From Actinomycetota bacterium (GTDB lineage Bacteria; Actinomycetota; Acidimicrobiia; Acidimicrobiales; Ilumatobacteraceae): a stretch of 64,000 nucleotides of DNA. Shown here piece by piece: positions 49,331-55,520 of the stretch (within the stretch, counting starts at the first letter, position 1; each line of letters begins with the position of its first letter). The translations under genes were made by a program, and so were the position numbers. The notes beneath the pieces were generated by a model. It did not search any database. It had not been told where the DNA came from and saw nothing but the letters and a program-made list of their open reading frames with translations. The stretch is taken from the NCBI GenBank assembly GCA_039796935.1, contig JBDKIV010000240.1, positions 14,376 to 78,375 on the forward strand, written 5' to 3'.

Positions 49331-49428
49331 TGCTCGACTGCGACCGCCTGTGGACGCGTCTGGTGACACTCGTCTACCGGATCCGCCGCCGGCCTCGGGT
49401 GACTACGCCGCCGCAGCGACGGGGATGA
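49330..49428 (+). CDS. Conserved micro-ORF (32 aa) after paralog B
   Basis: MLDCDRLWTRLVTLVYRIRRRPRVTTPPQRRG. The ATG shares 1 nt with the upstream TGA. It aligns with 47268..47408 (L-[ND]-C-x2-[VL]-W-x-R-L-V-x-L-x2-R-[LI]-x-R-R-P-x-V-T), with synonymous differences at conserved residues. Confidence 0.4.
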   Translation: MLDCDRLWTRLVTLVYRIRRRPRVTTPPQRRG

Positions 49429-50749
49429 CGAGTCGGAACGTGGCGCCGCCGGCGTCGTGTTCGACGAGTTCGATCGTTCCGCCGCAGCGTTCGAGGAGCA
49501 GGTGGACGGTCGGCAGACCGAGCCCTCGACCCTCGCCCTTGGTCGACGAGAACGGCGTGAAGACGTCGCGGGCCAGCTCGGCCGGGACACCCGGGCCGTC
49601 GTCGCTGACCAGGACTTCGACCGCCGGACGACCGGACTGCACGGTGCTCGACAGCTTCACCCGGATCGAGCCGTGACCCTGCTGGGCATCCCCGGCGTTC
49701 GACACCAGATTGAGCATCACCTGCAGCAGATCGCCCTCGGACAACTCGACGACGGTGTGCTCGTCGACGTCGAGGTGGAAGCGGAGGTCGACCCCGCGAC
49801 CGGCCACCGAACGCAGGAACCCCATCGAACCGGCCAGGGCCGGAACGATCACGCACGACCCGCCCTCTGCCCCGCGTGACCCGCTGCGCAGTCGCTGCAA
49901 ACGTGCCGTCATGGCGGCAGCGTTGTCGCACGCTTCGAGGATCCGCTCGACACCCTGACGAGCCGAGTCGGACAGCTCCTCGCTCTCGAGCAGGCTGCAC
50001 TGGAGCGAGATCATCGTGATGAGGTTGTTCATGTCGTGAGCGACACCCGACGCCAGCCGTCCGATGTACCCGAGCCGCTCCTGCCGTTCGGCGAGCGCCC
50101 ACGCCTCTCGTTCGGCCGCTTGGGCTGCAGCACGCTCTCGATCGGTACGGATCACGTCGATCATGTGGGCACAGACCGCCAGGAACGGCTCGAGGAACTC
50201 GATGTCGTGCTCGTCGAACCCTCCCGGGCGGTTGGCGACCCCGATCATGCCGATCAGCACGTCGTTGCGACGAAGCGGCAAGCCGAGGAAGCTCACGAGC
50301 GGTGGGTGCCCGGGCGGAAGTCCACCACGACGCGGGTCGTGCGCCGGTTCGTTGCTGATGAGCGGCTCGCCCGAGGTGAGCACCCGACCGAACAACGTGT
50401 CGAGGTTCGAGAACACCAGCCCGCGGTCTTCGCCCTGGTTGTCGAGGTAGAGCTGCCGGGTGGCGTCGTCCCAGGCGATGTTGGTGAGCGCCCAGCTCTT
50501 CAGGTACGGCCGAGCGTCATCGGTGTAGAGCACCTCCCCGATGAAGCCGTACTCGCAGCCGGTGAGCCGCAGCACGTCGTCGAGGATCCGCTCGAACAGC
50601 TGCGGCCGATCGGCATCGCGGAAGTACAGCCGATGAGCACGTTCGATCGCGCCGAGGAGCTCGGACGCAGGTGACGTCGCTGTCTCCTCCACGACGGCCA
50701 ACTTAGTGCGTCCGACCTCGCTCGCGCGCGTGCTGGTCGCCGGCGGCAT
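49403..50749 (-). CDS. GAF-domain sensor histidine kinase
   Basis: GAF (CEYGFIGEV..FLGLPLRRNDVLIGMIGVANR), H-box ASGVAHDMNNLL, N-box LNLVSNAGDA, G1 DDGPGV, F FTPFSSTK, G2 GRGLGL. The start is uncertain (ATG 50749 used). Confidence 0.8.
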   Translation of the reverse strand: MPPATSTRASEVGRTKLAVVEETATSPASELLGAIERAHRLYFRDADRPQLFERILDDVLRLTGCEYGFIGEVLYTDDARPYLKSWALTNIAWDDATRQLYLDNQGEDRGLVFSNLDTLFGRVLTSGEPLISNEPAHDPRRGGLPPGHPPLVSFLGLPLRRNDVLIGMIGVANRPGGFDEHDIEFLEPFLAVCAHMIDVIRTDRERAAAQAAEREAWALAERQERLGYIGRLASGVAHDMNNLITMISLQCSLLESEELSDSARQGVERILEACDNAAAMTARLQRLRSGSRGAEGGSCVIVPALAGSMGFLRSVAGRGVDLRFHLDVDEHTVVELSEGDLLQVMLNLVSNAGDAQQGHGSIRVKLSSTVQSGRPAVEVLVSDDGPGVPAELARDVFTPFSSTKGEGRGLGLPTVHLLLERCGGTIELVEHDAGGATFRLVIPVAAAA

Positions 50750-51116
50750 GCGCCTCGGCCGGACGATCCGGCCGTGGCGCTGCCACGAGATTTGACGGTG
50801 CTGCGGGCGGGCACCACAGCACCGTCGATCTGCGAGCACGGGCGCTCATGCCGTGCTCACGCCCGCATGGTGTCGGGCAAGGCGGTGAGACCGCCGGCAG
50901 CCACGCTCTCGGGGCTCAAGCCCAGCGTGACTGCCGAGGCTGTTGGCGCACCACCCGCCGCGATCGCGAAGGCGCCGGCGTCCGCCGACCGGCGCAGCCA
51001 CCGCGCAGCGGGGGTTCGAGGTGGCTCGATCGGGCGGGGGTGCGTCACGGGTTGTAGAGAACCTGATCGTTCGTCGCTGCGAAACTCAGGAATCCATCAA
51101 TCTCCGGCGGGATGCT

Positions 51117-51144
51117 CCTCACTCTGGTGAGGGACATCCCTCAC
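51117..51144 (-). terminator. Two mutually exclusive GC-rich hairpins at the 3' end of the response regulator gene
   Basis: In plus-strand notation, CCTCAC-TCTG-GTGAGG lies at 51117-51132, or alternatively GTGAGGG-ACAT-CCCTCAC at 51127-51144. There is no U-tract. The third arm covers the stop codon at 51141-43. Confidence 0.3.
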
Positions 51145-51815
51145 GTGCGCGAGCCCGCCGCCCGCATGACCGCATGCACTCGGGGATTGACGCCGTCGTC
51201 GCCGGCATCGATGCCCAGCTTCGAGTAGATGGTGGTCAGCATCCGCTCGACGGTCTTCACCGACAGGTGCACGCGTTCGGCGATCGCTCGATTGCTGAGT
51301 CCGGCCGCCAGCGCTGCCAGGACCTGGCGCTCGCCGTCGCTCAGCGAGGCCACCTGTGCGTCGGTCCGCTCACCCAGACGATGCAGCTCGGGGTCGATCA
51401 TCACGAACCCCGACACCACCGCATCGATCGCCTGGCGCAGTCGACGACTCGTGTTCGTGCTCTTCAACAGGTACGCCCACGCCACGTCGAGTCGCTGGGG
51501 CAGCACCGCCACCAGATCCGGGCGGGCATCGCCGCTGAGGATGACGACGCCACGAGGACGGTCGCCGCCATGGCCACCGGCGACCACATCGGCTGCCACG
51601 TCGAGCCCTTCGCCGTCGGGAAGACCGAGGTCGACCACCAAGACGTCGACCGCGACACCGCGGAGTCCGCGTCGAGCCTCGTCGGCGGTACGGAACACGC
51701 CCGCCAGGCACAGGTCGTCCTGCTTCGACACCCACTCGCCCAGCAGGTCGGCGAGCAGATGTTCGTCTTCGACCACAGCGACGCGCACGACCTGACGGTC
51801 GACGTCGACGGTCAC
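51141..51815 (-). CDS. Response regulator, NarL/FixJ family (LuxR-type HTH)
   Basis: Receiver (VAVVEDEHLL, VLVVDLGLPDGEG, YLLKS) plus LuxR HTH (LSDGERQVLAALAAGLSNRAIAERVHLSVKTVERMLTTIYSKLG). GTGA overlap with the upstream gene. Confidence 0.85.
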   Translation of the reverse strand: MTVDVDRQVVRVAVVEDEHLLADLLGEWVSKQDDLCLAGVFRTADEARRGLRGVAVDVLVVDLGLPDGEGLDVAADVVAGGHGGDRPRGVVILSGDARPDLVAVLPQRLDVAWAYLLKSTNTSRRLRQAIDAVVSGFVMIDPELHRLGERTDAQVASLSDGERQVLAALAAGLSNRAIAERVHLSVKTVERMLTTIYSKLGIDAGDDGVNPRVHAVMRAAGSRT

Positions 51816-52822
51816 GCTGCGCCCTGCGACAACCGCTCGATGGACTGGACCAGCTCGAGTGCCCGGAACGGCTTGCGCAGCACGGTCGCATCGTCGGGAA
51901 GCCGCCGGGACAGGTCGGCACCGGCGTGCCCGGTGATGAACAGCACCGGCAGATCGGGCCGCCGCGAGCGCAGTTCCTCGGCCAGCGTGACACCGTCCAT
52001 CAACGGCATCGACAGATCGGTCACCAGGAACTCGAACGGCGTGCGATCGGCGACGTCGAGCGCCTCGACACCGTTCGATGCGACGTGCACGACGTATCCC
52101 CGGCGGCTCAGGATCTGCGCGACCGTGTCGAGCAGGGTGGGCTCGTCGTCGACCACCAGCACGATCGGGCGGTCGTCGGAACCGTCCATCGGCACGGTCG
52201 GGACCGTCGGCCGCAGTCGCTCTCCGGATCGTTCGAGCAGCTGAGCACCGAGGCGTGCGGCGCGGTCGAGCAGATCGCGCAGCGCCCCGGCATGCACGGT
52301 GTCGTCGGCCAGGTCGAGCTGCAGTTGCATCGCCGCCAGCAGATTGTTGAGCTCGTGCGCCGTCTCTGCGGCCACCCGGGCGACCGCCGTCTCGGCCGCG
52401 AGTTCGCGCTGCACGCGGTCGAGCTCTTCCTGTTCGGTCCGGTCGACGATCAGCCCGAGCATGGCGACGACCTCGCCATCGGGCCCCCGCAATGCCCGGG
52501 CGATCAACCGTCCCGGGAACGTCGAGCCGTCCGGCCGCATGTACTGCTTGTCGGTGACCATCTCGTCGAGCTCGCCGCTGGCGAGTCGGCCCAGGTAGTC
52601 GCGAGTCCGGTCACGGTCGTCCGGGTGGGTGATCGCAACCGCGCTCTGCTCGGGCAGGTCGGCCGGATCGAGGCCGAGCAGTTCGACGAACGCCTCGTTC
52701 GCGTCGAGTTGATTGCCGTCGACGTCGAGCAGCGAGAGCGCGACCGGAGCACGATCGAACGCCAGCCGACCCAGCAGCAGACGCGGCGTGTCATCGCTTC
52801 TCACTCCCGGCACGTTAGCCAC
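51812..52822 (-). CDS. PAS - HisKA(DHp) - receiver protein lacking a HATPase_c domain
   Basis: PAS (FDRAPVALSLLDVDGNQLDANEAF...KQYMRPDGSTF), H-box AAETAHELNNLLAAM, then directly a receiver (IVLVVDDEPTLL, FLVTDLSMPLMDG, VLRKPF). No N/G1/F/G2 boxes. Start uncertain (52804-52876); GC3 is weak upstream of about 52820. Confidence 0.7.
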   Translation of the reverse strand: MANVPGVRSDDTPRLLLGRLAFDRAPVALSLLDVDGNQLDANEAFVELLGLDPADLPEQSAVAITHPDDRDRTRDYLGRLASGELDEMVTDKQYMRPDGSTFPGRLIARALRGPDGEVVAMLGLIVDRTEQEELDRVQRELAAETAVARVAAETAHELNNLLAAMQLQLDLADDTVHAGALRDLLDRAARLGAQLLERSGERLRPTVPTVPMDGSDDRPIVLVVDDEPTLLDTVAQILSRRGYVVHVASNGVEALDVADRTPFEFLVTDLSMPLMDGVTLAEELRSRRPDLPVLFITGHAGADLSRRLPDDATVLRKPFRALELVQSIERLSQGAA

Positions 52823-52898
52823 ACGAGCCGACGGCGACGTCACAAACGGGTGACACCCATCCGTTGAAGCGTTCATCCACGCCCGACCGGAGGACCGC

Positions 52899-53255
52899 AT
52901 GAGCGACGACCACACCCCCATCGACGACGAGACCGCCCAGATGCTCGAGCACGTCTACGTGCGGGCAACGCGGATCGAACCGCAACTGCGCCGGTTCTCG
53001 CGGGTCCTCGCCGACCTCGGCCTACCCGTCCCGGCCGACTGGGCGTCGCAGGACGACCTGAGCACCGTGTCGTTCGCCGACCTCACCGTCACGCAGTTCG
53101 ACCGTCTCCTCTGCCTGTTCGAGGATCTCGCCGCCAACCGGCCCATCTCGGTCACCGTGGTGCGCGGCGGGCCGACCCTGTTCGATCCGGGTCCGCCCTC
53201 CGGGCCGGTCTCGCCGCCCTCGACGTCGAGCGTTCACATGGTGGTGCCGCGATGA
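52899..53255 (+). CDS. Hypothetical protein (118 aa), no family recognised
   Basis: ATG preceded by GGAGG. Strong GC3 bias. ATGA overlap with the next gene. Confidence 0.5.
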   Translation: MSDDHTPIDDETAQMLEHVYVRATRIEPQLRRFSRVLADLGLPVPADWASQDDLSTVSFADLTVTQFDRLLCLFEDLAANRPISVTVVRGGPTLFDPGPPSGPVSPPSTSSVHMVVPR

Positions 53256-54439
53256 GCGCCCCGTCGACCACGGTCAGCGACCGCGAACTCGTCCTGCTGC
53301 GCGCCGCCCTCGCGTCACTCGGCCTCGACGAGGTGCAGGGCGAGGCGTTCCACCTCGACGTCGACGAGCTCGGCCGTCACTGGATCGTCCAGAACGACAC
53401 CGGCCAGATGGTCATCGACCGGCACGACCCCGACAGCGTCGACGGTCTCGAGGGCAACTTCGCGATCCCCGAGCGGATCCGGCGATTCGGCGAGTGCTTC
53501 AGCGCCGACGGCCTCACCCTCTCGGTCGTCGACTCGACCACCGTGGTCGCTCAGATCGGAACGGGCATCGGCTCGGTCAGCGTGGCGGTCGACCTGGTCG
53601 CCGGTGACCGGCAGCCGACCGAGCCGTGGCAGGTGCTGCCCACCTCGACCGCCGTCGTACCCGCCCGCGAGTTCATGCTCATGCTCACGGCGATCAGATC
53701 GATGCCGACCGGGCTCGAACCCGCCGAGTACCCGGTACCGCCGATGTGGCTCCAGATCGAACGAGGGACCGTCGGCCTGCACGTCGACTGGAGCGACTTC
53801 GTGCCGAGCCGGGGTACCTACCGACTCGCCGCCTCGTCGACCGAGGGATCCGCGACCGTCGCCATCCCGCACGGCGCCATCGAAGCGCTGCTTCGCCAGC
53901 TCCCCTGGTTCGGCGACGACAGCGAGGACGACAGCCAGGGCGACAGCGACCTGACCATCGAGATCGGCGCCGTTCGCCACCGGGGCGACGTCGGTGACGC
54001 GATCAGCGTGGCCGGCGACGACTGGAGGGTGGTGTTCTGGACCCTCCACCCGCTCGAGCACCGCTGGGGCGCACCGATCAACCAGATCCTCACCGAGGCA
54101 GGGATGACGGTGGTCGACCGCGATCAGGGCGAGTGGATCGTCTCGAGCCGCTCGATCGATGTCCGCGTCGTGCTCCACCACGGCCACCCCGACATCGCCC
54201 GCGTGAGCGCCCTGCTCATCGACGGCGCCGACGACAACATCGATCTCCTCCGCGAGCTCAACCAGCTCAACGCCGCCTCGACGGGAGTGCGGCTGTGGCT
54301 CGAGCACGGCGCCGTGCACGCCGCCGCCGACGTGCGCTGCAACGACCTCAGCCCGTTGCCGGCGGTGATCCGCCAGGTCGGCACGACCGCACATCAACTC
54401 GCCCCGGTCCTCGCTGCACTGGCGACCAGCGGCGAGTGA
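53252..54439 (+). CDS. Hypothetical protein (395 aa); C-terminal part resembles YbjN/T3SS-chaperone-like sensory transduction regulator fold
   Basis: Strong GC3 bias. The C-terminal segment VRVVLHHGHPDIARVSALLIDGADDNIDLLRELNQLNAASTGVRLWLEHGAVHAAADV looks YbjN-like by eye only. Confidence 0.5.
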   Translation: MSAPSTTVSDRELVLLRAALASLGLDEVQGEAFHLDVDELGRHWIVQNDTGQMVIDRHDPDSVDGLEGNFAIPERIRRFGECFSADGLTLSVVDSTTVVAQIGTGIGSVSVAVDLVAGDRQPTEPWQVLPTSTAVVPAREFMLMLTAIRSMPTGLEPAEYPVPPMWLQIERGTVGLHVDWSDFVPSRGTYRLAASSTEGSATVAIPHGAIEALLRQLPWFGDDSEDDSQGDSDLTIEIGAVRHRGDVGDAISVAGDDWRVVFWTLHPLEHRWGAPINQILTEAGMTVVDRDQGEWIVSSRSIDVRVVLHHGHPDIARVSALLIDGADDNIDLLRELNQLNAASTGVRLWLEHGAVHAAADVRCNDLSPLPAVIRQVGTTAHQLAPVLAALATSGE

Positions 54440-54460
54440 CGGCACCGATCACACGGCGGC

Positions 54461-55339
54461 TCACGCCGCACGTGCCCAGAGCCGACGGCCGGCGAACCGC
54501 CAGATCAACCACAGACTGACCGACACCCCCGCCAGGCCGAACGCGGTCTGGGTGACGAACCCGGCCCACGTGTCGGCCCGCTGGAACGAGGGCGCCCGCT
54601 CGACCCACGCAGGACCGCCCCACGTGAGGTCGATCGTCTGGGTCGCCCGCTCGGGATTGATCAACCTCGCCCACAGGAACCAGCCGAAGATGCGACACGC
54701 GCCGTAGACGAAGTAGGCGCGGTACACGGCGAGCATCACGGTCTCGGTCATCGAGAACCGGCGCTGCAGCCGACCCCAGACCGGATCGGCGGGGACGATG
54801 CGGTCGCGGAAGAACTGCCGGGTGAAGACCCGCGGCCCACCGAGCGCGAGGCAGAGCCAGAAGAAGTCCCACGCTCCGCCCAGGCTCGAGAAGTAGGCGG
54901 CCGCGTCGCCGTACCGGCCCTCCTGCGCCGCATACGCCCACATCCCGGTCGAGTAGTGCTGGGTCGTGAAGGGGAACAACAGCATCGTGCCCACCGAATC
55001 GAAACAGTCGGTCAGCACATGCGCCCACCCGCCGAGCAGCAACCCGAGACCCCACGCCCGGTTCCGGCTGAACGCCAGCACCACGAGCACGACCACCACG
55101 ATGAACAGCAGCGAATGCGTCGGCCCGACACCGGGCCAGCCACGGTGGTACTTCCATGGTTCCTGCGCCTTGATGAGCGTCATCGAACCGATGTTCAACC
55201 CGTAGACCGGCAACTTCGTGAACAGGTCGGGCAACAGACAGCCCAGCAGCACGGCGAGGTAGCTGATCTTCGACTTCAGCCGTCCCTCGAGGTGGTCCTG
55301 GAGGAAGTAGCTCTCGAGTTCGTGAGCCGCCCAGCTCAC
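54461..55339 (-). CDS. Membrane-bound metal-dependent hydrolase-like protein (YdjM/DUF457-like)
   Basis: Polytopic. His-containing motifs THSLLF and WAHVLTDCFD. The family call is tentative. Confidence 0.5.
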   Translation of the reverse strand: MSWAAHELESYFLQDHLEGRLKSKISYLAVLLGCLLPDLFTKLPVYGLNIGSMTLIKAQEPWKYHRGWPGVGPTHSLLFIVVVVLVVLAFSRNRAWGLGLLLGGWAHVLTDCFDSVGTMLLFPFTTQHYSTGMWAYAAQEGRYGDAAAYFSSLGGAWDFFWLCLALGGPRVFTRQFFRDRIVPADPVWGRLQRRFSMTETVMLAVYRAYFVYGACRIFGWFLWARLINPERATQTIDLTWGGPAWVERAPSFQRADTWAGFVTQTAFGLAGVSVSLWLIWRFAGRRLWARAA

Positions 55340-55506
55340 CGTTCACCCCGATCGAACCGACCGAACAGGCGCGTGCTGACGATGACACAGACGACGACCA
55401 GAGCCGGTCCCACGATCCAGTTGAGGATGACCGTCTGGACCAGCGCACCACCCACCACGAGGATCACGACCGCCAGCAGATACCCGATCTTCTCCGACCG
55501 AGCCAT
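55336..55506 (-). CDS. Small membrane protein (56 aa, two TM helices)
   Basis: MARSEKIGYLLAVVILVVGGALVQTVILNWIVGPALVVVCVIVS. 4-nt overlap with the downstream gene. No clear RBS. Confidence 0.45.
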   Translation of the reverse strand: MARSEKIGYLLAVVILVVGGALVQTVILNWIVGPALVVVCVIVSTRLFGRFDRGER

Positions 55507-55520
55507 GATCGACGGACGCC

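Noticed and set aside
50911-50923. GGGGCTCAAGCCC, a small stem-loop exposing UCA, considered as a tRNA-Sec anticodon arm given the Sec candidates
   Set aside because: The loop would have C instead of the invariant U33. The stem is only 3 bp, and no cloverleaf or long variable arm can be built around it.
51013-51020. GGTTCGAG resembling a tRNA T-loop in the long intergenic gap
   Set aside because: The flanking sequence cannot form a T-stem, acceptor stem or anticodon arm. It is not a tRNA.
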